Origin: an uncultured Desulfospira sp.
GTDB taxonomy: Bacteria; Desulfobacterota; Desulfobacteria; Desulfobacterales; Desulfobacteraceae
Assembly: GCA_963663165.1 (NCBI GenBank)
Contig: OY760175.1
Coordinates: 4,544,001-4,608,000, forward strand
DNA length: 64,000 bases
Reading direction: 5' to 3'
Shown here: one piece after another, positions 48,160-58,202 of the stretch
How positions within the stretch are numbered: position 1 is the stretch's first letter
Layout of the letters: every line of letters starts with the position of its first letter
Position numbers and translations under genes: made by a program
Notes under the pieces: model-generated
What the model was told of the DNA's origin: nothing
Databases searched by the model: none
The model's input: the letters and a program-made list of their open reading frames with translations, nothing else

Positions 48160-49698
48160 GTGGAAACCCCGGTTAATACGGAGTACGGGGAATTTTTGGC
48201 TCAAGCTGAAAGAGCAAAAATTAAAGGTGATGAATATGCAGCCATAAAGTATTATGACCTTGCCGTGACCCATGCCGGGAAAAATAAAGCTTTAAAGGAA
48301 AAAGCGCTGGCCTGTGAGCTGGCCGGCAAATTTTTTCATGAAACCGGCCGCTCCCATGTGGCCGGGGAGTATTTCATAATGGCCCGCAGAGGATACCAAA
48401 AATGCGGGGCACCTGACAGGGCCGCATACCTGTCTGACCATTATCCCCAATATGTCACTTTGCCGGATTCCCATACCTTGCCGGGTGAGGGAAAGCCGGA
48501 TAAGGGCCATCAGGATATGGACCTTGCCGTTTTGATAAATGCGGCCCAGACCATATCCGGGGAGGCGGTCATCAGCCGCCTGATGGATAAACTCATGTCG
48601 GTTGTCCTTGAAAATGCCGGTGCACAAAAAGGATACCTGATTTTAAACAACGGCGGCCAATGGATGGCTGAGGCCAGGGTCGGTATGCCGTCCCTTAAGG
48701 ATTTTGTTCCGGTGCCGCTGGCTGAGGTTAAAGACCTTTCTTCAGGCATGGTCCGGTATGTAAGGCGTACGGGAGAAGATCTGGTGCTGGCCAATGCATT
48801 CAAGGACAGGAGAATGGCGGGCGATTCCTATATCCGGTCTGAAAACCTGAAGTCGGCCCTGTGTCTTCCCATCCGGCACCAGGGGACAGTGACCGGGGTT
48901 TTGTATCTGGAAAACAACCGGTTAGAGGGGGTTTTTACTCCGGAACGGGTGGGTGTTTTTAAAACAGTGGCCAAAATTCTGGCCAATGCCTGGGCACGGA
49001 ATCAGGCCCAAAAGGAAGTCCTGGCTTATCAGGATCAGCTCAGGTCGTTGTCTTCAAAGCTTCTCCTGGTTGAAAAAAGAGAGCGCCGGCAACTGGCACA
49101 GGCGTTACAAGATCAAGTAGGGAAGGCGTTGAGCCGTTCCATAATGAAATTTGAAAAGCTTAAGCAAGACCATAAGCTGGCCCAATGGGATGAATTTACA
49201 GGCATCCGTCAGGTGCTTCATCAGACCATTGAAGATGTCCGGACATTGACATTTGAACTGAGCCCTCCGGTTCTGTATGACCTCGGGCTGTCCGCCGCCC
49301 TGGACTGGCTTGCTGATCAGACCGTTAAAATCCATCAAGTGGATGTGAGATTTTTTGACCGGGGGCTGTGCCGTTCCATAGAAGAAAACCTCCGGGTTTT
49401 GATGTTTCAGTCCGTTCGTGAGCTGATGTTTAATATGGTGAAACATGCCGGGGCAAAGACAGCCCGGTTGACGGCAGGTATGGAAGGAGACGATTTATGG
49501 GTTGTCCTGGAAGACGATGGAACCGGCTTTGATCCGGATCAAATCAATCCTCAGGACGGTAATGAGGGAGGCTTTGGCCTGTTCTCCATTCAGGAGCGGC
49601 TCCGCAGCCATGGCGGCCATATGGATATAACCACTTCACCGGGAAAGGGTACCCATATTAAGCTGGTGTTGCCGGCAACCGCACCACAGGCGTTTTAA
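48160..49698 (+). CDS. TPR-GAF-HisKA_3-like kinase, paralog of the C-terminal part of 42270..47429, with phosphoacceptor His replaced by Gln
   Basis: Collinear similarity to the upstream kinase; H-box reads ERRQLAQALQDQVG. Start uncertain (TTG 48106 or GTG 48160). Confidence 0.85.
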   Translation: METPVNTEYGEFLAQAERAKIKGDEYAAIKYYDLAVTHAGKNKALKEKALACELAGKFFHETGRSHVAGEYFIMARRGYQKCGAPDRAAYLSDHYPQYVTLPDSHTLPGEGKPDKGHQDMDLAVLINAAQTISGEAVISRLMDKLMSVVLENAGAQKGYLILNNGGQWMAEARVGMPSLKDFVPVPLAEVKDLSSGMVRYVRRTGEDLVLANAFKDRRMAGDSYIRSENLKSALCLPIRHQGTVTGVLYLENNRLEGVFTPERVGVFKTVAKILANAWARNQAQKEVLAYQDQLRSLSSKLLLVEKRERRQLAQALQDQVGKALSRSIMKFEKLKQDHKLAQWDEFTGIRQVLHQTIEDVRTLTFELSPPVLYDLGLSAALDWLADQTVKIHQVDVRFFDRGLCRSIEENLRVLMFQSVRELMFNMVKHAGAKTARLTAGMEGDDLWVVLEDDGTGFDPDQINPQDGNEGGFGLFSIQERLRSHGGHMDITTSPGKGTHIKLVLPATAPQAF

Positions 49699-49706
49699 AA
49701 CAACAA

Positions 49707-51038
49707 TCAGATCTGCTTTTTTTCTTTGGCCATTTCAATCACAGGCAAATCCGGGAAAGGGCCTCCCGGGACCATGTTGAGAAGTTTTTGGGGCATGCTC
49801 CGGTAAAGAAGCCGCACGCTTATAAGGGCACCTTTTTCCAGGGCCTTTGGCAGGTCAAGGGTAATGTTCCGGGTTTCTTTTGCCTTGATCCGGTTGTCGC
49901 TGAGGACCTGCCGGGCCTTGGCAATGTTGATCACTTCATTTCCCTTCCCGTCCCCAAAGGTGGTTTTAAAGATCAGGGCGTCGTCGGGAAGTTCCTGTTT
50001 TTCGTTTAACATGCCGGACTGGTATAGGATCTGACCGGCCTTGTCGGTGATGCTGATTTCAAGCCAGACCTGGCGAAGGTCTCCCACGCCCGTGGGAATC
50101 GAATGGCCGGCCCCGGAGTTGGTAATGGAAATGGTTAATTCTTTCTGGCCGGCCAGGGGCGTGTCCACAGAAAGGCGGGCTGCGTTTTCCAGCCTTTCTC
50201 TGGCCATGGCGGCCTTTTCTTGAGAGCCGAAGGCCTTTGGGACCCCGGCATTGGCACCCACAAAATAATGGGTGAAAATATGGGGCCGTTCATCGGAATA
50301 GTCGGTTGCCGCCCCCGGGTTTTCAGGTCTTTCGGTGGAGCCGGTGGCCGGGATTCCGGGCCTTTGAAACATGTGGCAGCCCTGGCAGGTGACTCTTTTT
50401 TCGGGGTCTGCGGTGTTATAAGGGCTTTGTTCCCATTCGGTATAAGTGGTCTCAAGGTCGGTGCCAAAGGCCACATGTTTAACATTATGGCAGGTTCCGC
50501 AGATCCGGGATTCCGTGTGGAGTTTTGAGAACGCGGCCTCGTGAAAATCGGGCTGGGCATCATCAAAGGGGCCGTGTTTTATCCCGGGGGCATCTTCCCC
50601 GTGGCCGGGTTCGAGCACAAGGCCGTTGTTGTACATTTGGCTGATGTTGACGGCCGCATGGCAATAGTCGCATTGGATCCCCTGGGTGGCAATCTCCGGG
50701 GTTTTGGACAGGTCATCGGAAAGCTTTTCAGGGAACCCGGTGACAACCCCTACCGGGGTGTGGCATTTGACGCAGGCTTCAGCCTCTTTGATTTCTCCTT
50801 CATGGGTTAAACCCTTTCGGAGAAAGAGGGCCACTCTTGAATAGACCGGATCTTTATGGGACAGGTTGTGCAAGGAATTTTCCCACTGGCTGAAGATACT
50901 GCCGTGGCAGTCCGCACAGGTGGCGGCAGGGATAAACCGCTTAAGCTCGAATTGTTCCTTGGCCCGGAGGCCTGCAGCCGGAAGGGTGATCAGGATAGTA
51001 ACGGTAAATATAATTTTTAATAAATGGGCTGTTTTCAT
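49707..51038 (-). CDS. Exported pentaheme c-type cytochrome (c554/c552-like)
   Basis: Five CxxCH motifs (CADCH, CVKCH, CDYCH, CGTCH, CQGCH); signal peptide; AGHSIPTG...RQVWL. Confidence 0.9.
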   Translation of the reverse strand: MKTAHLLKIIFTVTILITLPAAGLRAKEQFELKRFIPAATCADCHGSIFSQWENSLHNLSHKDPVYSRVALFLRKGLTHEGEIKEAEACVKCHTPVGVVTGFPEKLSDDLSKTPEIATQGIQCDYCHAAVNISQMYNNGLVLEPGHGEDAPGIKHGPFDDAQPDFHEAAFSKLHTESRICGTCHNVKHVAFGTDLETTYTEWEQSPYNTADPEKRVTCQGCHMFQRPGIPATGSTERPENPGAATDYSDERPHIFTHYFVGANAGVPKAFGSQEKAAMARERLENAARLSVDTPLAGQKELTISITNSGAGHSIPTGVGDLRQVWLEISITDKAGQILYQSGMLNEKQELPDDALIFKTTFGDGKGNEVINIAKARQVLSDNRIKAKETRNITLDLPKALEKGALISVRLLYRSMPQKLLNMVPGGPFPDLPVIEMAKEKKQI

Positions 51039-51205
51039 AAATATCCTTAAAATGGCTGTTGGCATTAACGGTCCAGGTCTCATCCCTGATGTTTACAAAT
51101 ATACGCGGGTTTTTTTCATGTCAACCATTTCATTCGGATTCAGGGTAACCGCATTTATAATCCGGCATGATTTTTGGCCATCAGTAGTAAATATAATGTA
51201 AAAAC

Positions 51206-51289
51206 TTTAGGGGATTAGGCTGAAGGCTGAAGGGGTTTAGGGTTGCGAATTCCTAATGATGGTGCATCCCTTCAGCCTAAACCCCTAAA
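51206..51289. repeat. REP-like palindrome family A, long copy
   Basis: TTTAGGGG-ATTAGGCTGAAGG...CCTTCAGCCTAA-A-CCCCTAAA nested inverted repeats. Confidence 0.6.
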
Positions 51290-51419
51290 CTCAATTGGAG
51301 ATTAAAAGTATCATTATAAACACGGTTTCCCTATGTCCGGATTTGATTTGTCTTGAATAAAGTTTCGCTTTGCGGTAAGGCTTGAAAATAGCGCTAACCT
51401 AAATTCTTAAGGATAAAAA

Positions 51420-52214
51420 ATGAATATCAACTCTCACCTTCTCGGGGATCATTTAAAACACTTGGGAATTATCACGGATCAGCAGTTGGCAGAGGCCTTG
51501 AAAATACAAGAGGACCTTTTAAAAGGGGCGGCCATGGAATCCGGGGTAAGCCCCAGCGAACTGGTGACCCGGACCAGGGGAAAGGACCGGGAGGTTCCCC
51601 TGCTCGGCCAGATCCTCCTGGAGAAAAACTATATTACCCAGGATATCCTGTCGCCGGTTCTGGCCATGCAAAATCGCCAGGTCAGGGAATTGAGGATGCT
51701 GAGCAGTGAAAAACTCTCCCTGGTCATTCAGATCGGGTTTCTGATCAACTCCACCCACAGCCTGGTAGAGGTTTTGTCATTGATCATGAAATATGCCAAT
51801 ATCGTGACCAGTGCCGAGGCCAGCACCCTGATGCTGATAGATGAGACCACAGGAGAACTGGTGTTCAGTGTCCCCACAGGGCCTGAAGCCGACAAACTCA
51901 AGGACGTCAGGATTCCCAAGGGGGCCGGTGTGGCCGGCTGGGTGGCCCAGAATCAGCAGCATGTCATTGTGGCCGATGCTGAAAAAGATTCCCGGTTCTT
52001 TTCCGATGTGGACAGTATGACCGGTGCACAGACCAAATCCATTCTCTGTGTCCCCTTAAGGTCCAAAAGAAAAATCATCGGGGTCCTGGAGGTGATGAAC
52101 AAGGAAAACGATGAGGTGTTTACAGAGGATGACGCCCTGCTGCTGAACCTGTTCTCCCATCAGGCCGCCATTGCCATTGAAAATGCCATGTTGTTTAGCG
52201 GCCGCCGTAAATAG
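51420..52214 (+). CDS. GAF-domain protein with N-terminal MshEN/GspE-N-like motifs, no output domain
   Basis: LLGDHLKHLGIITDQQLAEALKIQ and LLGQILLEKNYITQDILSPVLAMQ; GAF motifs GVAGWV, DSRF, SILCVPL, IGVLEVMNK, AAIAIEN. Confidence 0.85.
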   Translation: MNINSHLLGDHLKHLGIITDQQLAEALKIQEDLLKGAAMESGVSPSELVTRTRGKDREVPLLGQILLEKNYITQDILSPVLAMQNRQVRELRMLSSEKLSLVIQIGFLINSTHSLVEVLSLIMKYANIVTSAEASTLMLIDETTGELVFSVPTGPEADKLKDVRIPKGAGVAGWVAQNQQHVIVADAEKDSRFFSDVDSMTGAQTKSILCVPLRSKRKIIGVLEVMNKENDEVFTEDDALLLNLFSHQAAIAIENAMLFSGRRK

Positions 52215-52265
52215 AGGACTTTTGAGGGGGTTTTTAAAGGGTTGAGTTGTTGGAAAACCCCAGGG

Positions 52266-52730
52266 CTATGGCGTGACTATGGCGCGGATATGTTTCCTGG
52301 CCGTTTCCATGAAATCGGGAAGGGCTTGGGCCAGGGCCTTCGTGGGTTCTGTTCCCCAGTCGATTTTCTCCGGTTCAATGCCGATGACCTTGAGCTTGGG
52401 GCGGTTTCCCCTGATCTGGGCCATGCCAAGGGAATCTAAAAGGTCAATGTCGTGAAGGGACAGCACCTGTTTTTCATCTTTTCTTAAGTCATCTTCGTCC
52501 AGGCTGTAAATGGTGCCGGGGGTGTGGCCGGCCCGGACAATGTCCAGGACCAGAACGTTTTCATATTCCTCAAACAGATAGAAGATGTCCTGGGTGAAGG
52601 TGCCGCCGTCAATAAAGTCGACCCCGTCCCAGTCATCTTTTTCTTTCCAGAACTCCTGGATGGCATAAACGCCCATGCCTTCATCCATGAGAAGAATATT
52701 GCCCACCCCCAAAACCAGTAGTTTTTTCAT
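52266..52730 (-). CDS. hysD: Hydrogenase maturation protease (HyaD/HybD family)
   Basis: LGVGNILLMDEGMG, DGGT and SLHD motifs; downstream of the large subunit. Confidence 0.9.
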   Translation of the reverse strand: MKKLLVLGVGNILLMDEGMGVYAIQEFWKEKDDWDGVDFIDGGTFTQDIFYLFEEYENVLVLDIVRAGHTPGTIYSLDEDDLRKDEKQVLSLHDIDLLDSLGMAQIRGNRPKLKVIGIEPEKIDWGTEPTKALAQALPDFMETARKHIRAIVTP

Positions 52731-52806
52731 TTGTAGCCTTTAGCAGTTAGTTTCCAAGCCCTTATTATAAATTGGGCCGAAGAAGGGACCCCGGCCCGCA
52801 TGGGCT

Positions 52807-52950
52807 GTGTTTGGACAAGAATTTGCCCAGATGCAAGGCGTAACCAAAGGTCAGAAACCAGGAAAATTTGTAACCGGAGCAACCATTAGGGTTGTGAGGA
52901 TTACAAATTTTCCCGCAACGCAGCAGATGGGTGAATTGTCGTTCAAACAC
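52807..52950. mobile_element. MITE-like element family B, copy 2 (144 bp)
   Basis: Imperfect TIR GTGTTTGGACAAGAATTTGCCC...GGGTGAATTGTCGTTCAAACAC; internal palindrome GGAAAATTTGTAA...TTACAAATTTTCC. Confidence 0.72.
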
Positions 52951-52953
52951 GAA

Positions 52954-54432
52954 TCAAAGGGGAACTTCCACTTTGATCTTTCTACCTGTCTTGGCGTCCA
53001 GCACGTGGACGGCACAGCCCAGTCAGGGGTCGTAGGATCGGATCAGCCGCCCCACATTCACCGGATTTTCAACATCCGGCACCGGGACCCCGATAAGGGA
53101 TTCCTCAATGGGGCCTCTCTGGCCCATGTCGTCTCTGGGGTTGGCGTTCCAGATGGTGGCCGAAGTGACCTGGTAATTGAAAATCTTTTTATCTTTGATG
53201 TTCACGTAATGGAGCAGGGCACCCCGGGGGGCTTCGGTCATGCCAAGGCCTTCAGCGGATTCGGGGATTTGGGCCGGCACAAAGGTTTCCTTGCCGGGTT
53301 GGGCTGCGGCCAGCCATTGCTCAACCGCCAGGGCTACCAGGCCGGTTTCCTCGGCCCTTGCCACATGACGGCCGAGAATGGAGAAACAGGCATCGCCAAT
53401 GTCTCTTAATTTTTTTACGCCCAGGGCATCTTGTCCGGCTTTGGACAGTTCGGGATTGGTGGCCCACATTCTGGCAAGGGGGCCGGCTTCATGGGGTTTG
53501 CCGTTATATCGCGGGGCCTTGATAAAACTGTAGGCACCGGCTTTTTCCGGCTCCGGCAAGGTCTTTCCCACCTTGGGGTTGAGCCCGGTGGTGGAATCAT
53601 TAAACCAGGAGTATTTGACGTACTCTTTGATCATGTTCGGGTCAACCGGGTAATCTTTGCCGTCGGTGTAGACGCCGGGTTTAAGCAGGGTGTTGCCCTT
53701 GGCATCCAGCTGGAAAACGCCCCAGGAGACCAGGTTCTTATGGCCCACACCGGTCTTGAGCAGATCGCCGTAGGGGCCCGCAAGGGTGTAGATCAAGGGG
53801 ATATACTTGTTGAAAACAAACTCTTTTACCTTTTTAAACCGCTCGGCATAGGCATCCAACGCTTCCCTGGTGGGGATCTCTGTAGCGCCGCCCACGACAA
53901 TCCCTTGGACATGGGGCATTTTTCCGCCCAGAAGGGCGACCATTTCGTGACAGACCTTTCTGATCTCAAGGGCTTCCAAATACTGGCCCACGCCGATTTC
54001 ATTAAGGTCTTTGGGTAAGCGGACATCATTCTTGGCATACCGGGGAATAAACGGGGCCGTGTCCGGACCGTTGACATAGTCCAGGGCGGCCAGGTGGTAA
54101 AAATGAAGAATATGGGACTGGAGAAAGTTGGCGCCCAGGATCAGGTTCCGGGCAATTCTGCCGTTATCCGTGAGTTCAACGCCGAATGCATCATCCAGGG
54201 CCAGGGCCGATGCCGTGGCGTGGGCCGTGGGACATACCCCGCAGATCCGCTGGGTGATCTGGGTAGCATCCCTGGGATCTCTGCCCACCAGGATCTGTTC
54301 AAACCCGCGGTACATGCCTCCGGATATTTTTGCATCAACGACTTTGCCGTCTTTTACTTCTACTTCAGCTTTTAAATGGCCTTCAATCCTTGTGACCGGA
54401 TCAATGGCGATTTTCAGTTTACTGCCTGCCAT
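52954..54432 (-). CDS. hysA: [NiFeSe] hydrogenase large subunit (selenocysteine at UGA 53023-53025)
   Basis: DPVTRIEGH and RICGVC. Read-through gives RSYDP-U-LGCAVHVLDAKTGRKIKVEVPL*, which restores the C-terminal DPxxxCxxH motif. Confidence 0.95.
52991..53022 (-). promoter_or_regulatory. Candidate bacterial SECIS hairpin
   Basis: GTCCA-CGTGC-TGGAC stem-loop beginning 12 nt 3' of the in-frame UGA. Confidence 0.6.
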
Positions 54433-54467
54433 AATAAAACCTCCTTGGTTTCGTTAAGTTCCGGAAA

Positions 54468-55406
54468 TTAAGCGGGTTCATAAAAAGGAGATGAGCCGTC
54501 TGGAAACCCCGGTTCAACACAGCCGATACATACGGAATTATCCACACACCAGTTCATGCCGCTGTTCCATTTTCTCTTAAAGCAGTCAGCATAGGTGTCC
54601 GGCCCTTTGCACCCCAGATCCATACGGCAGCCTTTGGGGTCGGACAGTTTTTCAGCCATTTCTCCCCCGTCGTACATCTCAAGGCGGGGACAGTTGTCGT
54701 GGATGTTTTCGCCAAAGAAAAGGGTGGGCCGCCCGGCATCATCAAGTTCGGGAACACCCTTGGTCAAAAGGTGAACAATGGAGCCCACAATCCAGTCCGG
54801 ATGGGGCGGGCAGCCGGGGATGTTGACGGTGGGGGTCTTGATTCCATTGGCTTTGAAAAAGTCCATGGTGCCGGTGGCGCCGGTAACATTGCCCCGGGCT
54901 GCGGGAATTCCGCCGTATGCGGCACAGGTGCCGATGGCCAGGACGGAACCGGCCTGGGGGGCAAGCTCTTTAACCAGGTCCATCATGGTGACTTCTTTTC
55001 CGCCCATCTCGCCGACCACGCAGTATTTGCCGTTGGCCGCAGTGGGAATAGCGCCTTCAATCGCAAGGGAGAATCTGCCGTTGTATTCCTTGGCAACTTC
55101 ATGTATGTGCTCCATCACGATTTCCCCTTCACTGGCCATTACCGTGGGATGGACCTGAAGGCTGATCACTTTGAGAAGAATGTCGGCAATGGTGGGCTCA
55201 ACACTGTTCAGCAAAGAAACTGAGCAGCCGGTGCATCCCTGTCCCTGAATCCATAAGACCGGATGGCGTTCAAGGCCTTTTTCAAGGGCCTGGATCAGCG
55301 CGGGATTAAACATCTGAGAAATACCGATTCCGGCGGCTGTTCCGGTTACGGCTTTTAGAAACCCCCTCCTTGAAACCCCTGACAATTTGTTTTGTTCATC
55401 TTTCAC
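54468..55406 (-). CDS. hysB: [NiFeSe] hydrogenase small subunit, Tat-exported
   Basis: GTG start after AAGGAGG; SRRGFLK Tat motif; CTGC, GTCAAYGG, PGCPPHP, HDNC, GCKGP and CIGC. Confidence 0.93.
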   Translation of the reverse strand: MKDEQNKLSGVSRRGFLKAVTGTAAGIGISQMFNPALIQALEKGLERHPVLWIQGQGCTGCSVSLLNSVEPTIADILLKVISLQVHPTVMASEGEIVMEHIHEVAKEYNGRFSLAIEGAIPTAANGKYCVVGEMGGKEVTMMDLVKELAPQAGSVLAIGTCAAYGGIPAARGNVTGATGTMDFFKANGIKTPTVNIPGCPPHPDWIVGSIVHLLTKGVPELDDAGRPTLFFGENIHDNCPRLEMYDGGEMAEKLSDPKGCRMDLGCKGPDTYADCFKRKWNSGMNWCVDNSVCIGCVEPGFPDGSSPFYEPA

Positions 55407-55676
55407 GGGCACCTCCTTGATGCTGTTAATGATCTGACACCGCTTTAGTGTTCCGCTACAAAAAAGCGTTTTCCTTGCAGGCGAAATTGTCTTTCTCAGA
55501 ATGTTTATATAGGGATATACTATGGGTGTCAACGACTTGAATAGAAAATCCAAATATAAAAGAGAGGACCGAAAGGCGGGAAACGGGAGACCGGATGTTA
55601 AGTACGTCCGAATCTGGCTTCCGGTCTCAGTTACACTTTAACGGTTTGTTTTCTAAATGTGATTGCTTTGGTGTGT

Positions 55677-56081
55677 TCAAACACGAAGCAGAAAATGAAG
55701 TGAAGGGACGGGCATCAGTTTTTTCCCGGGGCCCAGGCAGACCAGTTCTAATTCGCAGGTTACGGCGGCTTTTTTCCCTTCCGGCCGCCAGGCTTCATGA
55801 AAAAAGACCACCCGGTAGTCACCCTGCTTTTCCCAAGTGGTCCGGATGTCAAGGGTGTCTCCAAATACCGCCCCTTCGTTGTATTTCAGGGAGGTTTTGT
55901 ACACGGCAAAACCGATGCCGTCCTGGTGCCATAGGTTGGAAAGTTCGGCAACGCCAATGATATCTTCCCTGGCCCGTTCAAAAAATTTAAGGTAATTGGC
56001 GTGGTAAACCACCCCTGAATGGTCTGTGTCTTCGTAATATACCTGAACCGTGAAGTGGTGTGTGTGAAGGTCTGATGTCAT
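55677..56081 (-). CDS. Acyl-CoA thioesterase, YbgC/4HBT family
   Basis: VYYEDTDHSGVVYHANYLKFFERAR. Confidence 0.88.
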   Translation of the reverse strand: MTSDLHTHHFTVQVYYEDTDHSGVVYHANYLKFFERAREDIIGVAELSNLWHQDGIGFAVYKTSLKYNEGAVFGDTLDIRTTWEKQGDYRVVFFHEAWRPEGKKAAVTCELELVCLGPGKKLMPVPSLHFLLRV

Positions 56082-56086
56082 ATTGG

Positions 56087-56482
56087 TTAGATGCCGGTAT
56101 GGGGATAAAAGATTCTGGAAACGGAAAACCCTAGCCAGACGGCAAGGATTCCCATACACAGATGTAATCCGATATTGATGATGGTGGCCGTTATCTGGCC
56201 GTTTCTAAGCATGGAGAACAGTTCAAAGCCAAAGGTGGAAAAGGTGGTGAACCCGCCCAGGAATCCGATAAATACCAGGGCCCTGATTTCCGGGGTAAAG
56301 ATATCCCTGGCCTCGGACAGGCCGGCCAGAAATCCGATGAGAAAACAGCCAAAGATATTAACGGCCAGTGTGCCTAATGGCAGCCATTGGTTTTTAATAA
56401 AAACACGGGCCCCTTCGTATACCATGAAGCGGCAGATGGAACCGGCAAAACCGCCCATGCCGACCATTAACACTTTTATCAT
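56087..56482 (-). CDS. crcB: Fluoride efflux channel
   Basis: GGFAGSICR, PLGTLAVNIFGC and GFLGGFTTFSTF. Confidence 0.93.
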   Translation of the reverse strand: MIKVLMVGMGGFAGSICRFMVYEGARVFIKNQWLPLGTLAVNIFGCFLIGFLAGLSEARDIFTPEIRALVFIGFLGGFTTFSTFGFELFSMLRNGQITATIINIGLHLCMGILAVWLGFSVSRIFYPHTGI

Positions 56483-56654
56483 TTCAACCTTTCCTATCAG
56501 CTATGGTCTGTAAAACGGTACCTACCATAATGGAAAACCCGTTTAAATACCAGGACATTCTAAAAATCAAGGGCTTGACTAATTGGTGTCCATTGTCTAT
56601 TCAAAGACATTAATGTTCTAATTAATGGTCTAACTGATTCACCCGGAGGCGCCG

Positions 56655-58148
56655 GTGCCCAATCCGCTGCACATCCCTTTTCATGTGTTTCCAGTCCGGA
56701 TTATTATTCCGGTGGGCCTGACCATGCTGCTGTTTTCCCTGACCATTTTCCTGCTGATTATCCCCATGATGGAAGAGAACCTCATGGAAGAAAAACGGCA
56801 GGCCATCATGCACCTGACAGAAACGGCCTGGTCCACCCTTTCCCTGTATCATGAGCGGGTCCAAAAGGGGGAAATCTCCCGGGAAGAGGCCCAAAGACAG
56901 GTGGCCAACCACCTGCTGAACCTGCGGTACGGGCCTGATCTAAAGGACTATTTTTGGATTAACGACATGGGGCCGGTCATGGTCATGCACCCTTATCGTA
57001 CGGATTTGGTCGGAAAGGATATTTCCACTTTCCAGGACCCTGCGGGAAAGTACCTGTTCAAGGATATGGTGGCCCTGGTCAGGGCTCAAAAGGCCGGGTA
57101 TGTGGATTATTTGTGGCAGTGGAAAGAGGACCCGAGCCGGATTGTTCCTAAAATCTCCTATGTCAAAGGGTTTGCCCCCTGGGGATGGATCATCGGCACC
57201 GGGATCTATGTGGAAGATGTCCGTGCCCAGATTTCTCTGATCACCCGGCATCTGACCTTGACCTGCCTTGGGATCATGGCGGCGGTCCTGCTCTTGTCCT
57301 TTTATATTATCCGGGAGGCGGCAAAGGAAAAACAAAGACGGGTCAGGGCCATGGCCCAGTCCAGATTAAGGGAAAAGCAGCTGCTGCAGGCTGACAAGAT
57401 GAGTTCCCTGGGGATCCTCGTGGCCGGAGTGGCCCATGAAATCAACAATCCGGCCGCATCCCTGATGCTCAATGCACCCAACCTGAAAAAAGCATGGGAC
57501 GCTTTTCTGCCGGTGCTGGACGATCATTTTTCCCTGCATCCGGATTCCCGGGTATGCCACATGTCCTATCCTGATTTGAGAAGACGGATTGATCTGATGC
57601 TGGCCGCCCTTCAGGACGGTGCCGGTCGGATCAAAAGAATTATCTCTGAACTCAAGGATTTTTCCAGGCCCGGCACACCGGATATGGATGACGATATCGA
57701 CATCGGCCGGCTGGTCCGGAAATCTGTGGGGTTAACCGCATCCATTATACGGAAAGCCACCCGGAATTTTAAAATCAACTGTGATGAGGCCCTTCCCATG
57801 GTCAAGGGAAACTTTCAAAAGCTTCAGCAGGTGGTGATCAACCTGATCGTCAATTCAGCCCAGGCCCTGGAAAATCTTAACCAGTCCATCGCCATTTCCG
57901 CTTTTGCGGACAATGAAAACGGATTTATTATTATTGAGGTCTCGGACACCGGCCCGGGGGTTTCCGAGCAGGACTTAAAACGGTTGAAAGACCCCTTTTT
58001 TACCACCAGAAGAGATGACGGGGGCACCGGGCTTGGCCTTTCCATCTCTGATAAAATCATCTGCGATCACGGGGGGATGTTGTTGTTTTCCTCTGTCCCG
58101 GGGCAGGGGTTGACCGCCAGGATTCACTTGCCCTTGAACAGCAAATAA
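56655..58148 (+). CDS. Cache-domain sensor histidine kinase (NtrB-like)
   Basis: Two TMs around a Cache_2-like domain (YFWIND...MHPY, WGWIIGTGIY); H-box GVAHEINNP; DTGPG and GTGLGL. Confidence 0.92.
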   Translation: MPNPLHIPFHVFPVRIIIPVGLTMLLFSLTIFLLIIPMMEENLMEEKRQAIMHLTETAWSTLSLYHERVQKGEISREEAQRQVANHLLNLRYGPDLKDYFWINDMGPVMVMHPYRTDLVGKDISTFQDPAGKYLFKDMVALVRAQKAGYVDYLWQWKEDPSRIVPKISYVKGFAPWGWIIGTGIYVEDVRAQISLITRHLTLTCLGIMAAVLLLSFYIIREAAKEKQRRVRAMAQSRLREKQLLQADKMSSLGILVAGVAHEINNPAASLMLNAPNLKKAWDAFLPVLDDHFSLHPDSRVCHMSYPDLRRRIDLMLAALQDGAGRIKRIISELKDFSRPGTPDMDDDIDIGRLVRKSVGLTASIIRKATRNFKINCDEALPMVKGNFQKLQQVVINLIVNSAQALENLNQSIAISAFADNENGFIIIEVSDTGPGVSEQDLKRLKDPFFTTRRDDGGTGLGLSISDKIICDHGGMLLFSSVPGQGLTARIHLPLNSK

Positions 58149-58202
58149 GGTAAAGAATAGCTTACGGTTGCCAAATTAAAATCAAATTTGGACTGTTTTA
58201 TT

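Noticed and set aside
51162..51180. CGGCATGATTTTTGGC as a sigma-54 promoter
   Set aside because: Spacing is off by one (GG-N11-GC), which sigma-54 does not normally tolerate.
53023..53025. hysA as a truncated pseudogene
   Set aside because: The stop is a UGA at the exact Sec ligand position, with conserved sequence after it.
52807..53409. 200-aa plus-strand ORF
   Set aside because: Antisense to hysA and starts within the MITE-like element.
56483..56640. Fluoride riboswitch upstream of crcB
   Set aside because: I could not find the GGnGAUGGnnUnCnCC 5' core or the matching pseudoknot; an Infernal search with the Rfam crcB model would be decisive.
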